A DNA stretch of 64,000 nucleotides from Eledone cirrhosa (Eukaryota), in contig OZ024746.1 in the NCBI GenBank assembly GCA_964016885.1, positions 63,984,001-64,048,000 on the forward strand, read 5' to 3'. Numbering within the stretch: the first letter of the stretch is position 1; each line of letters begins with the position of its first letter. The notes beneath the pieces were generated by a model, which had not been told where the DNA came from, did not search any database, and saw only the letters and a program-made list of their open reading frames with translations. Shown piece after piece: positions 11,461 through 25,400 of the stretch. The position numbers and the translations under genes are program-made.

Positions 11461-13255
11461 GGATTAAATTAGAGGAGGGGGAGTCCCTTGGTGGTTAGGC
11501 TGTATTTTGGTATTAACTCTCTCTACATGAAAGGATGTGATGATGATTCAGAGCTTTTCACACTCAGTTAGGCTAGCCATCTATACCATGCATAGCACTA
11601 ACAAGGTAAGTGTTAACTTTGTATATGCAATTATTTTTAATACTGTCATAGTTTTTTGACAGAAGTTTTCTGGTTGGATGAATTCTTGTCATGAATCATT
11701 ATTCAGCTTGGGCTGAGTACATTTTATTGTGCCACCAGCTGTAGAGAGGTTATTTCAGAGTAACTGACCTCTTAGATGGGTTGTCTTCCCTACAGCTTAC
11801 AAAGTCTGCATGACACGTTGTAGTTCCTGTGTGAAACGCAGCAATGCGTGGGTAATTCGGCTAGTATAAAATAAAGTTAAATAGTTTTTGGGTGTTTTTA
11901 AATGGCTGATATGACTGTTCCACATTTTAATTGCTGAAGTTTTAACACACGATTTCAGATCAAACCTCTTGCCAGACAAGTACACCTCTGAAAAATAAAT
12001 ATGTTAGCTATTTTGTTCTGGCACTTTAATGTTTCTGCTACAATTGTAGCTATTATATCATGAACAACTAACAAAACAAAGTATTTTATAATTGTAGGAA
12101 AAGTTATTTTTATGATTTAAAACTTCTTTTTCTGATGTAAGATCAAGCATAAAGATGTAAAGATGTTGTGCTCTTGTTGTTTTTGTTGTTGTGCTTTAAC
12201 ATAAATGAACACCTGAAACAGTACTTATCCCAAATTTTAGCTTTTACCACATTTATTCTATTGACAAAAATATATTCTGATTTTTTTTGTTTGCTTTTGT
12301 TTGGTTCTTTTCAACAACAAAGAGCTTCAGAATATTTAAACACCCCAGACATTTTCTGGTGTGAAATGAGGTTTGTCTTTAGATGTTTTATTGCATACAT
12401 ATATTTTTATAAACATCCATTTTGATTTGTTTATCACTGGTTCGACAAGACCACTTCTGTAGTAGTGGGAAAAGGTGCTAGCCACAATGGTGATATCACT
12501 GAATATGTCCTCCAACATTTTTTACAGACACAAAGACAAATTTGAAAAAAGAAAAACCAAAATGAAAAAGAACAAAGACAATTAAGCAAACATCTACAGC
12601 ATTAAACACAAACAGTTACAACAATTACAGAAAGAGAAAAGTAATGTAAATGTAAATTAACATGACAATCACAAAATTATCATCATTGCAGCCAAAAACA
12701 GATAATAAATATAAGTGAACTCCAGGCACAAAAAATAAAAAAAATAAGAGGTATGTCACACAAAAGAATGCCTCCTTGCCCAAGGAATTTACTCAAGAAA
12801 AAGGTAGGAAGAAATTAACATACCTCTGTTTTTCAACAAACGTAAGTAGGGGTATTCCATGTGCTGCAGAAAAAGGAATTAGGGGAATATGTGTTCTATT
12901 AACAAGGGGAAGTGTATATGTAAGCACCCACCCTGTCTTTAAAACTGAAAATGAGCAAGAAGATAGACAGTACTAATGCACCACACACCTGCCCACAGGC
13001 TTGCCTTGCCACACATGGAAAAAATATATGAGGGACATGGCCAGAAAGATTGATATTGAAATAACTTAATAAATTAGACATACATTATTAGGTGTCTTTA
13101 TTAGGATGGAACATGGCTCCCAGGCTCAGGGATTTAAATAGTAAAACAAAGAGTTTTAATAAAGAGGAACAAGTAGAATATGCTGTGATTGGCCGATTTT
13201 ACTCGTTATTCAAATAAGGTTACATCTTCTTTTTGTATATGTACTATACAATCAG

Positions 13256-13543
13256 TGGTGGCATGTGGCCTAGTGGTAAGAGTGTTGGACTTACGATAAT
13301 AATGTTGTGGGTTCGATTCCTGGGTTGTGTGTTGTGTTCTTGAGGAAAATACTTCATTTCACGTTGCTCCAGTATATTCAGCTGAAAATGAGTACCTGCA
13401 ATAGATGGGGGTTTAACCCTACGATGGACTGGCGTCCTGTCCAGGAGGAAGTCTTATACTCTTAGTCGCTTCACACCATGAAACTGGGATAAGCACCAGC
13501 CAAATGAGCCTTCTGGCTTAAGACAGACTTTAGACTTTAGACT
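13256..13543 (+). mobile_element. tRNA-SINE family C with V-SINE-like central domain
   Basis: TGGCCTAGTGG and GGTTCGATTCC boxes; CGATGGACTGGCGTCCTGTCCAGG; (AGACTTT)n tail; flanking T(A/G)TACAATCA repeat. Confidence 0.8.
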
Positions 13544-13970
13544 GTACAATCAAAATTTAATGTATATTAACAACTACAGTAAATAAAACAATACAATAAA
13601 TGATGTGTAAAAAGAAAATACACATGAAACATACTTATGTTACCAAACCATGCTATAGATTTAAGTAAACATCAGTGTTAAATCATCATCATCATCATCA
13701 TCATCATCGTTTAACGTCTATCTTCCACGCTAGCATGGGTTTATTTAAATATTCTTAAATACTCCCCAAATAATAAATCAGTCAGGTTTGATATAACAAT
13801 AGTATGCAAACATGACATCACGTGCACATCTGGATGTTATAAAAAATACTCATAAATAATTTCTTTTTATAGAACTTTAAGGTTTTATTCCCCAAAACAT
13901 AGTATCAAATACATAAGAGACACCTAGATCTGTATTGGGGTTTTATTCAAAAATATTTGGATGAAGGTCA

Positions 13971-14990
13971 TTATAACTTTAATCTATCAGGTGCTTTGAC
14001 AATTCTTCCACAGCATGTTTTGCCAGATGGTATTTGCACAGCCTGCTTATAGACATTTTTAGCATTTCCTAAGATTGATTTTGAGGATCGAGTACTGGTG
14101 ACATAGTTTCCACTTGTACCTTTATGCTTGTCAGTATTCTCACAATTACTGGTATGTCTCTTACTTGAATCACTCATTGAAAATCTTGTCTTGGGAATGA
14201 ACAATACTTGGGTTTGATGGAGGTCTTTTCTGTTTCAAGAGATAGTTGTCCCTTTCTCTGTCTGAACTAAATATGAACTATCCTTTCTAGCAATTCCTTT
14301 TACTGGTGACCATCATTTGTCCTTATTGTCTTGTTTGCTATAAGCCATAACAACCTGCCCTCTTTCAATCTGTTTCTTTCATGTGTCTGCCTATTATATT
14401 AACTGGAAAAGTTTTCTGCATGATTGGACAGATGGTCACTATATTATCATCATCATCATTTTACGTCCGCTTTTCCCTGCTTGCAAGAGTGGGACGGGAA
14501 CTGATTCTGGCTTGATTTCTACACCTGGATGCCCTTCCTAACACCAACCTCATTTACAGTGAGTACTGGATGCTTTTTTTGCCATGGCACCTACACGACC
14601 ACTTTGCAGTGGAATGATATGGACCCCATTCCTTATCATCTCATTTCTACAGCTGAGTAAACTGGAGCAATGTGAAATAAAGTGTCTTGCTCAAGGAAAC
14701 AACACATCACCCGGTCTGAGAATTGAACTCACAACCTTTCGATTGCAAGGCCAATGCTCTAACCACTAAGCCATGTGCCTCCATGTATAGTTCTCATTAA
14801 TTTTCACCTGAGGTTTAGAGACCTGTACAGATCTGAGTTTTCACCTAAATAGTAGTTCACCTGATCTGGGAACATTAGAACTAACTGGTGTGCAATTAAG
14901 TTCCAAGAATTCTATATGTAAATTGCTCAGATTTGTTTTTCAAAGTAGATTCTTGATGGTCTGAAAATGTATTTAGAACTTCATACTTCA
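13971..14990 (-). pseudogene. Gypsy-type LTR retrotransposon integrase C-terminal relic, split by a SINE
   Basis: Minus-strand peptides QTIKNLL*K..FLELNCTPVSSNVPRSGELLFR*KLRS, WSPVK..SSYLVQTEKG..*NRKDL and terminal GRIVKAPDRLKL*, typical of Gypsy pol ends. Confidence 0.7.
14445..14785 (-). mobile_element. SINE family A, full length
   Basis: Head GGAGGCACATGGCTTAGTGGTTAGAGC...GAGTTCAATTCT; CORE-like CCTTGAGCAAGACACTT; RTE-shared tail plus (TGA)n. Confidence 0.9.
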
Positions 14991-15439
14991 ATGCAACCTT
15001 CCATTTTTTTGTGTTTTTTTTAAAAGATAATAGAGAATTGCGGAATTAGATACAAATATGATAATTTACCCATCATTAACTCGCTGCTTTTTCTTAACGA
15101 AAATATGTCATTCTTCATGACTACTTGGAGAGATAATTTGAAATAAATATCGTCAGGGTACCTTTCCAGAGACTCTTACTAGGTTTAACAATGGTTTAAC
15201 TCCTTAAAAACAACACAAACTTACCATAGTTATTGTTGTTGTTTAGCCCTGGTTTAGCTCTGATTGAACAGATCTATAATAAAAGGCCATCCAACTGTGG
15301 CCATCCTATTCTTATTTCCAGACTCCATTATCTAATGTCTTCTTCCTTTGTTAAGATGGTTGGGAGATTTAGCTGTTATTTCTAGAGTGATTACATAGAG
15401 GGTCTCTGATTGGCTTGTTATTATAGTGGTGAGCAGGAC

Positions 15440-15615
15440 AGGGGATTGGCAGAGTCGTTAAAGTGCCAGACAAAATGCTTTGATTACCACTTTTTATTTT
15501 CCGAGTTCAGATCCTACTGAGGTCAACTTTGCCTTTCATCCATCTGAGGTTGATAAAATGAAGTACCAGTCAAATACTAGAGTCAATTTAATTGACATTC
15601 CCTTCCCAACAAAAT
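15440..15615 (+). mobile_element. Diverged SINE family B-related copy
   Basis: TTGGCAGAGTCGTTAAAG...GAGTTCAGATCC...TTTGCCTTTCATCC...GTTGATAAAATGAAGTACCAGT. Confidence 0.65.
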
Positions 15616-16469
15616 AAAAGTTCTGCAGTAAGCATGGTAAATAAATGGTGAATCAAGTCTAGAAAAGCATCACTGTCACACAATCTCACTTACTCTCTTT
15701 CTTTCTTATATAAATCCTCAGGAGGTCTCATGCTTTTGTAAGAAACCAATAATATTATTGTTAACTAGTGTGATTCTGACAGTCAATAGAAATAAGCATT
15801 GTGTCAGCTGATAGTTCATGTTGACAGATAGGAATACTGAAACCTCTCAAAAGAACAACATCAACATCAACAATAAACATAAGAAATTCCCAAAACCTGA
15901 AGTAGAATATAAAAACAGAAGTTCTTTTTCTAATTTAGTAAAAAAAAAAAAATAAAAAAAAAATGCTCTAAGCTCAAGAACTAATCAAAAGATCAATAAA
16001 CTTAACTCTATCAAAATGATATTAAGTCCTTGGTGATTAAACTGCAGCAATGGAAAAACAATAAGACAGTGCAGGTTTCCCAATACTTTTACTGTGTCAA
16101 TCAAAATCTTAATTAAATGTTGTAAGGACTTGACAGGTCTTATTCCATTTTTGTCTTCTGTCACTATTATTGGTATTATTATTATTATTATTAGTAGTAA
16201 TAGTAGTAGAAGTAATCTTATTTTTGTAGTGCCTTGTCACTGCATTACCAAGAGCAGTTATGTGAGCCTTGGGTATGTGCAGTGTGGTTTTTTTGGTGTG
16301 TTGTTTCTAATATATTGAGAGTACACTTCGTAATATGTGCAGTACCTAGTAGTGTTAGTTTTTTGTATGCTGTGTATATTTGTAAGTCCTGGGGTTTTGA
16401 TTATGTATCTGTCTGTCTGTCTGTGTGCGTGTGTGTGTTTTTTTTTATCATTCCCAGAGCACCTATTAT

Positions 16470-17160
16470 TATAGTGGCTTGGCAGTATCGGTAGAGCATC
16501 GGACAATACACTTTGTGGTATAGAGTTACGTCCCTTTACGTTCCATGTTCAAATCCCGCCGAGGTTAGCTTTGCCTGTCATTCTAATGGTGTTGATAAAA
16601 TAAAGTACCAGTAATGCACTAGGGTCAATTTAATTGACTTTCTCCTTCCCCAAAATTGCTGCCTTGTTCCTATATAAGAAAGCATTGTTGTTGTTGTTAT
16701 TATTACTGGCAGTATCGGTAGAGCATCAGACAACATGCTTTGCAGCATATAGTTATGTCTATTTATGTTTTGAGTTCAAATCCCGCAGAGGTTAGCTTTG
16801 CTTTTCATCCTTACGGGGTCGATAAAGCACCAGTAATGTACTGGGGTCGATTTAATCAACTTTCCCCTCCCCTTTAATTTGCTGGCCTTGTGCCTAAAAT
16901 AGAAACAATTATTATTGTTATTATTGGTTGCTTTGGGTGGTGCATGAGCAGTATTTGTATAGCGCCAGACACCATATTTGCAGCATAGAGTTATGGCCCT
17001 TTGCGTTCTGGGTTGAAATCCCGCCGACGTTAGCTTTGCCTTTCATCGTTGCAGACGTTGATAAAATAAAACACCAGTAATGCACTGGGGTCGATTTAAT
17101 TGACTTTCCCCTTTCCCCAGATTGCTGGCCTTGTGCCTATAGTAGAAATCATTATTGGTT
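16470..17160 (+). mobile_element. Three head-to-tail SINE family B copies
   Basis: Copies at ~16470-16690, ~16705-16915 and ~16935-17155, each with A/B boxes and a (TTA/TTG)n tail. The third is flanked by an ATTATTGGTTGCT repeat. Confidence 0.85.
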
Positions 17161-17284
17161 GCTCTGAAATACATATATAAAATTGAATGTTAAAATACTA
17201 TCAAGTTTTAGAACATTGAACAGAAATAACTTAGTTTATACAACAATTTGTTGTTGGTTTGTTTCTCACAATCTAGTGATGTGT

Positions 17285-19230
17285 TATGGTATACTGGAAC
17301 CTATCGTATACTGGAACCTATGGTATACTGGAATCTATGGTATACTGGAACCTATCGTATACTGGAACCTATGGTATACTGGAATCTATGGTATACTGGA
17401 ATCTATGGTATACTGAAACCTATGGTATACTGGAACCTATGGTATACTGGAATCTATGGTATACTGAAACCTATGGTATACTGGAACCTATGGTATACTG
17501 GAATCTATGGTATACTGGAACCTATGGTATACTGGAATCTATGGTATACTGAAACCTATGGTATACTGGAACCTATGGTATACTGGAATCTATGGTATAC
17601 TGGAACCTATGGTATACTGGAATCTATGGTATACTTGAACCTATGGTATACTGGAATCTATGGTATACTGGAACCTATGGTATACTGGAATCTATGGGAT
17701 ACTGGAAACTATGGTATACTGGAACCTATGGTATACTGTAATCTATGGGATACTGGAACCCATGGTATACTGGAATCTATGGTATACTGGAACCTATGGT
17801 ATACTGGAACCTATGGTATACTGGAACCTATGGTGTACTGGAACCTATGGTATACTGAAACCTATGGTATACTGGAATCTATGGGATGCTGGAACCTATG
17901 GTATACTGGAACCTATGGTATACTGGAACCTATGGTATACTGGAATCTATGGTATACTGGAACCTATGGCATACTGGAACCTATGGTATACTGGAATCTA
18001 TGGTATACTGGAACCTATGGTATACTGAAACCTATGGTATACTGGAACCTATGGTATACTGGAACCTATGGTATACTGGAATCTATGGTAACTGGAACCT
18101 ATGGCATACTGGAACCTATGGTATACTGGAATCTATGGTATACTGGAACCTATGGTATACTGAAACCTATGGTATACTGGAACCTATGGTATACTGGAAC
18201 CTATGGTATACTGGAATCTATGGTATACTGGAACCTATGGTATACTGAAACCTATGGTATACTGGAACCTATGGTATACTGGAACCTATGGTATACTGGA
18301 ATCTATGGTATACTGGAACCTATGGTATACTGGAATCTATGGTATACTGGAACCTATGGTATACTGGAATCTATGGTATACTGGAACCTATGGTATACCG
18401 GAACCTATGGTATACTTGAATCTATGGTATACTGGAATCTATAGTATACTGGAACCTATGGTATACTGGAACCTATGGTATACTGGAACCTATGGTATAC
18501 TGAAATCTATGGTATACTGGAACCTATGGTATACTGGAATCTATGGTATACTGGAATCTATGGTATACTGGAACCTATGGGATACTGGAACCTATGGTAT
18601 ACTGGAACCTATGGCATACTGGAATCTATGGTATACTGGAACCTATGGTATACTGGAATCTATGGTATACTGGAACCTATGGGATACTGGAACCTATGGT
18701 ATACTGGAACCTATGGTATACTGGAATCTATCGTATACTGGAACCTATGGTATACTGGAATCTATGGGATACTGGAATCTATGGTATACTGGAATCTATG
18801 GTATACTGGAATCTATGGTATACTGGAACTTATGGTATATTGGAACCTATGGTATACTGGAATCTATGGTATACTGGAATCTATGGTATACTGGAATCTA
18901 TGGTATACTGGAACCTATGGTATACTGGAACCTATGGGATACTGGAACCTATGGTATACTGGAACGTATGGTATACTGGAACCTATGGTATACTGGAATC
19001 TATGGTATACTGGAATCTATGGTATACTGGAACCTATGGTATACTGGAATCTATGGTATACTGGAACCTATAGTATACTGGAACCTATGGTATACTGGAA
19101 CCTATGGTATACTGGAATCTATGGTATACTGGAACCTATGGTATACTGGAATCTATGGTACACTGAAACCTATGGTATACTGGAATCTATGGTATACTGG
19201 AATCTATGGTATACTGGAACCTATGGGATG
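17285..19230. repeat. 17-bp minisatellite (TATGGTATACTGGAA[C/T]C)n, about 114 units by length
   Basis: Read directly. The 17-aa period of the ORF translations equals 3 x 17 bp. Confidence 0.97.
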
Positions 19231-19488
19231 TAGTTAAGTGTATTGTGAAAATAATAAAATTATATTTTTAAAAAATACAAAAAATGCGAACCGAAATTCT
19301 TAATATAAAGTCCTCAGAGTTTGTTTCTTTGGTTGAATAAGGATATAAGTATTTAATAATTTACTTTTGTTTAAACAATTGATATTTATTGTTTAAAATA
19401 TACTAATTAAAATATACATTTTGATTTATTTTATGCACAAAGTGCATCAAAATGTTTGTATTTACTCTAAAGTGCACCACCACTACCA

Positions 19489-22400
19489 CTACCATGTTGA
19501 TGTAGGTGGTGGTGTTACTGTTGTTCTTGTTAGTGGTGGTGGTGTTACTGTTGCTGTTGTTAGTGGTGGTGGTGTTACTGTTGCTGTTGTTAGTGGTGGT
19601 GGTGTTACTGTTGTTAGTGGTGGTGTTGTTACTGTTGTTGTTGTTAGTGGTGGTGGTGTTACTGTTGTTGTAGTTAGTGGTGGTGGTGTTACTGTTGTTG
19701 TTGTTAGTGGTGGTGGTGTTACTGTTGCTGTTGTTAGTGGTGGTGGTGTTACTGTTGTTAGTGGTGGTGTTGTTACTGTTGTTGTTGTTAGTGGTGGTGG
19801 TGTTACTGTTGTTGTAGTTAGTGGTGGTGGTGTTACTGTTGCTGTTGTTAGTGGTGGTGGTGTTACTGTTGCTGTTGTTAGTGGTGGTGGTGTTACTGTT
19901 GTTAGTGGTGGTGTTGTTACTGTTGTTGTTGTTAGTGGTGGTGGTGTTACTGTTGTTGTAGTTAGTGGTGGTGGTGTTACTGTTGTTGTAGTTAGTGGTG
20001 GTGGTGTTACTGTTGCTGTTGTTAGTGGTGGTGGTGTTACTGTTGTTGTTGTTAGTGGTGGTGGTGTTACTGTTGTTGTAGTTAGTGGTGGTGGTGTTAC
20101 TGTTGCTGTTGTTAGTGGTGGTGGTGTTACTGTTGCTGTTGTTAGTGGTGGTGGTGTTACTGTTGTTAGTGGTGGTGTTGTTACTGTTGTTGTTGTTAGT
20201 GGTGGTGGTGTTACTGTTGTTGTAGTTAGTGGTGGTGGTGTTACTGTTGCTGTTGTTAGTGGTGGTGTTGTTACTGTTGTTGTTGTTAGTGGTGGTGGTG
20301 TTACTGTTGTTGTAGTTAGTGGTGGTGGTGTTACTGTTGCTGTTGTTAGTGGTGGTGGTGTTACTGTTGCTGTTGTTAGTGGTGGTGGTGTTACTGTTGT
20401 TAGTGGTGGTGTTGTTACTGTTGTTGTTGTTAGTGGTGGTGGTGTTACTGTTGTTGTAGTTAGTGGTGGTGGTGTTACTGTTGTTGTTGTTAGTGGTGGT
20501 GGTGTTACTGTTGCTGTTGTTAGTGGTGGTGGTGTTACTGTTGCTGTTGTTAGTGGTGGTGGTGTTACTGTTGTTGTAGTTAGTGGTGGTGGTGTTACTG
20601 TTGTTGTTGTTAGTGGTGGTGGTGTTACTGTTGTTAGTGGTGGTGTTGTTACTGTTGTTGTTGTTAGTGGTGGTGGTGTTACTGTTGCTGTTGTTAGTGG
20701 TGGTGGTGTTACTGTTGTTGTTGTTAGTGGTGGTGTTGTTACTGTTGTTGTTGTTAGTGGTGGTGGTGTTACTGTTGTAGTTAGTGGTGGTGGTGTTACT
20801 GTTGTAGTTAGTGGTGGTGGCATTACTGTTGTTGTTGTTAGTGGTGGTGGTGTTACTGTTGTAGTTGTTAGTGGTGGTGGTGTTACTGTTGTAGTTGTTA
20901 GTGGTGGTGGTGTTACTGTTGTTGTTAGTGGTGGTGGTGTTACTGTTGCTGTTGTTAGTGGTGGTGGTGTTACTGTTGCTGTTGTTAGTGGTGGTGGTGT
21001 TACTGTTGTTGTTGTTAGTGGTGGTGGTGTTACTGTTGTTGTTGTTAGTGGTGGTGGTGTTACTGTTGTTGTTGTTAGTGGTGGTGGTGTTACTGTTGTT
21101 GTAGTTAGTGGTGGTGGTGTTACTGTTGTTGTTAGTGGTGGTGGTGTTACTGTTGTTGTTAGTGGTGGTGGCATTACTGTTGTTGTTGTTAGTGGTGGTG
21201 GTGTTACTGTTGTTGTTGTTAGTGGTGGTGGTGTTACTGTTGTAGTTGTTAGTGGTGGTGGTGTTACTGTTGTTGTTAGTGGTGGTGGTGTTACTGTTGC
21301 TGTTGTTAGTGGTGGTGGTGTTACTGTTGCTGTTGTTAGTGGTGGTGGTGTTACTGTTGCTGTTGTTAGTGGTGGTGGTGTTACTGTTGCTGTTGTTAGT
21401 GGTGGTGGTGTTACTGTTGTTGTTAGTGGTGGTGGTGTTACTGTTGTTGTTAGTGGTGGTGGTGTTACTGTTGTTGTTAGTGGTGGTGGCATTACTGTTG
21501 TTGTTGTTAGTGGTGGTGGTGTTACTGTTGTTGTTGTTAGTGGTGGTGGTGTTACTGTTGTAGTTGTTAGTGGTGGTGGTGTTACTGTTGTTGTTAGTGG
21601 TGGTGGTGTTACTGTTGCTGTTGTTAGTGGTGGTGGTGTTACTGTTGCTGTTGTTAGTGGTGGTGGTGTTACTGTTGCTGTTGTTAGTGGTGGTGGTGTT
21701 ACTGTTGCTGTTGTTAGTGGTGGTGGTGTTACTGTTGTTGTTAGTGGTGGTGGTGTTACTGTTGTTGTTAGTGGTGGTGGTGTTACTGTTGTTGTTGTTA
21801 GTGGTGGTGTTGTTACTGTTGTTGTTGTTAGTGGTGGTGGTGTTACTGTTGTAGTTAGTGGTGGTGGTGTTACTGTTGTAGTTGTTAGTGGTGGTGGTGT
21901 TACTGTTGTTGTTAGTGGTGGTGGTGTTACTGTTGCTGTTGTTAGTGGTGGTGGCATTACTGTTGTTGTTGTTAGTGGTGGTGGTGTTACTGTTGCTGTT
22001 GTTAGTGGTGGTGGTGTTACTGTTGTAGTTAGTGGTGGTGGTGTTACTGTTGCTGTTGTTAGTGGTGGTGGTGTTACTGTTGTTGTTGTTAGTGGTGGTG
22101 GCATTACTGTTGTTGTTGTTAGTGGTGGTGTTGTTACTGTTGTTGTTGTTAGTGGTGGTGGTGTTACTGTTGTAGTTAGTGGTGGTGGCATTACTGTTGT
22201 TGTTGTTAGTGGTGGTGGTGTTACTGTTGCTGTTGTTAGTGGTGGTGGTGTCACTGTTGTTGTTAGTGGTGGTGGTGTTACTGTTGTTGTTGTTAGTGGT
22301 GGTGGTGTTACTGTTGCTGTTGCTAGTGGTGGTGGTGTTACTGTTGTTGTAGTTAGTGGTGGTGGTGTTACTGTTGCTGTTGTTAGTGGTGGTGGTGTTA

Positions 22401-25400
22401 CTGTTGTTGTTAGTGGTGGTGGTGTTACTGTTGTTGTTGTTAGTGGTGGTGGTGTTACTGTTGCTGTTGTTAGTGGTGGTGGTGTTACTGTTGCTGTTGC
22501 TAGTGGTGGTGGTGTTACTGTTGTTGTAGTTAGTGGTGGTGGTGTTACTGTTGCTGTTGTTAGTGGTGGTGGTGTTACTGTTGTTGTTGTTAGTGGTGGT
22601 GGTGTTACTGTTGTTGTTGTTAGTGGTGGTGGTGTTACTGTTGTTGTTAGTGGTGGTGGTGTTACTGTTGTTGTTGTTAGTGGTGGTGGTGTTACTGTTG
22701 TTGTTGTTAGTGGTGGTGGCGTTACTGTTGTAGTTGTTAGTGGTGGTGGTGTTACTGTTGTTGTTGTCAGTGGTGGTGGTGTTACTGTTGTTGTAGTTAG
22801 TGGTGGGGGTGTTACTGTTGTAGTTGTTAGTGGTGGGGGTGTTACTGTTGTAGTTGTTAGTGGTGGGGGTGTTACTGTTGTAGTTGTTAGTGGTGGGGGT
22901 GTTACTGTTGTAGTTGTTAGTGGTGGGGGTGTTACTGTTGTAGTTGTTAGTGGTGGGGGTGTTACTGTTGTAGTTGTTAGTGGTGGTGGTGTTACTGTTG
23001 TTGTAGTTAGTGGTGGGGGTGTTACTGTTGTAGTTGTTAGTGGTGGGGGTGTTACTGTTGTAGTTGTTAGTGGTGGGGGTGTTACTGTTGTTGTTGTTAG
23101 TGGTGGTGGCGTTACTGTTGTTGTTGTTAGTGGTGGTGTTGTTACTGTTGTTGTTGTTAGTGGTGGTGGTGTTACTGTTGTTGTAGTTAGTGGTGGTGGT
23201 GTTACTGTTGCTGTTGTTAGTGGTGGTGTTGTTACTGTTGTTGTTGTTAGTGGTGGTGGTGTTACTGTTGTTGTAGTTAGTGGTGGTGGTGTTACTGTTG
23301 CTGTTGTTAGTGGTGGTGGTGTTACTGTTGCTGTTGTTAGTGGTGGTGGCGTTACTGTTGTAGTTGTTAGTGGTGGGGGTGTTACTGTTGTAGTTGTTAG
23401 TGGTGGTGGTGTTACTGTTGTAGTTGTTAGTGGTGGGGGTGTTACTGTTGTTGTTAGTGGTGGTGGTGTTACTGTTGTTGTTGTTAGTGGTGGTGGTGTT
23501 ACTGTTGTAGTTGTTAGTGGTGGGGGTGTTACTGTTGTAGTTGTTAGTGGTGGTGGTGTTACTGTTGTAGTTGTTAGTGGTGGGGGTGTTACTGTTGTTG
23601 TTAGTGGTGGTGGTGTTACTGTTGTTGTTGTTAGTGGTGGTGGTGTTACTGTTGTTGTTGTTAGTGGTGGTGGCGTTACTGTTGTTGTTAGTGGTGGTGG
23701 TGTTACTGTTGCTGTTGTTAGTGGTGGTGTTGTTACTGTTGTTGTTGTTAGTGGTGGTGGTGTTACTGTTGTTGTAGTTAGTGGTGGTGGTGTTACTGTT
23801 GCTGTTGTTAGTGGTGGTGGTGTTACTGTTGCTGTTGTTAGTGGTGGTGGTGTTACTGTTGTTGTTGTTAGTGGTGGTGGTGTTACTGTTGTTAGTGGTG
23901 GTGTTGTTACTGTTGTTGTAGTTAGTGGTGGTGGTGTTACTGTTGTTGTTGTTAGTGGTGGTGGTGTTACTGTTGTTAGTGGTGGTGGTGTTACTGTTGC
24001 TGTTGTTAGTGGTGGTGGTGTTACTGTTGTTGTTGTTAGTGGTGGTGGTGTTACTGTTGTTGTTGTTAGTGGTGGTGGTGTTACTGTTGTTGTTAGTGGT
24101 GGTGGTGTTACTGTTGTTGTTGTTAGTGGTGGTGGCGTTACTGTTGTTGTTAGTGGTGGTGGTGTTACTGTTGCTGTTGTTAGTGGTGGTGTTGTTACTG
24201 TTGTTGTTGTTAGTGGTGGTGGTGTTACTGTTGTAGTTAGTGGTGGTGGCATTACTGTTGTTGTTGTTAGTGGTGGTGGTGTTACTGTTGTAGTTAGTGG
24301 TGGTGGCATTACTGTTGTTGTTGTTAGTGGTGGTGGTGTTACTGTTGCTGTTGTTAGTGGTGGTGGTGTTACTGTTGCTGTTGTTAGTGGTGGTGGTGTT
24401 ACTGTTGCTGTTGTTAGTGGTGGTGGTGTTACTGTTGCTGTTGTTAGTGGTGGTGGTGTTACTGTTGTAGTTGTTAGTGGTGGTGGTGTTACTGTTGTAG
24501 TTGTTAGTGGTGGTGGTGTTACTGTTGTTGTAGTTAGTGGTGGTGGTGTTACTGTTGCTGTTGTTAGTGGTGGTGGTGTCACTGTTTTTGTTGTTAGTGG
24601 TGGTGGTGGTACTGTTGTTGTTGTTAGTGGTGGTGGTGGTGTTACTGTTGTTGTTAGTGGTGGTGGTGTTACTGTTGCTGTTGTTAGTGGTGGTGGTGTT
24701 ACTGTTGTAGTTGTTAGTGGTGGTGGTGTCACTGTTTTTGTTGTTAGTGGTGGTGGTGTTACTGTTGTAGTTGTTAGTGGTGGTGGTGTTACTGTTGTAG
24801 TTGTTAGTGGTGGTGGTGTTACTGTTGTAGTTGTTAGTGGTGGTGGTGTTACTGTTGTTGTTGTTAGTGGTGGTGGTGTTACTGTTGTTGTTGTTAGTGG
24901 TGGTGGTGTTACTGTTGTAGTTGTTAGTGGTGGTGGTGTTACTGTTGTAGTTGTTAGTGGTGGTGGTGTTACTGTTGTTGTAGTTAGTGGTGGTGGTGTT
25001 ACTGTTGCTGTTGTTAGTGGTGGTGGTGTCACTGTTGTTGTTGTTAGTGGTGGTGGTGTTACTGTTGTAGTTGTTAGTGGTGGTGGTGTTACTGTTGTAG
25101 TTGTTAGTGGTGGTGGTGTTACTGTTGTAGTTGTTAGTGGTGGTGGTGTTACTGTTGTAGTTGTTAGTGGTGGTGGTGTTACTGTTGTAGTTGTTAGTGG
25201 TGGTGGTGTTACTGTTGTTGTTGTTAGTGGTGGTGGTGTTACTGTTGTTGTTGTTAGTGGTGGTGGTGTTACTGTTGTAGTTGTTAGTGGTGGTGGTGTT
25301 ACTGTTGTAGTTGTTAGTGGTGGTGGTGTTACTGTTGTTGTAGTTAGTGGTGGTGGTGTTACTGTTGCTGTTGTTAGTGGTGGTGGTGTCACTGTTGTTG

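Noticed and set aside
11797-11988. Apparent minus-strand exon (TTTTTCAG ... GTAAGC) encoding VYLSGKRFDLK...
   Set aside because: Part resembles the P2 repeat (AACACACGATTTCAGAT) and part resembles a Helitron 3' hairpin plus CTAG. No recognisable protein, so splice signals may be chance.
13256-13330. tRNA gene (also other A/B-box hits)
   Set aside because: Continues into SINE body and tail; no complete cloverleaf seen.
17248-19237. Trp/Tyr-rich repeat protein or CRISPR-like array
   Set aside because: The 17-bp unit cycles through frames and is broken by stops. Units are contiguous with no spacers and there are no cas genes.
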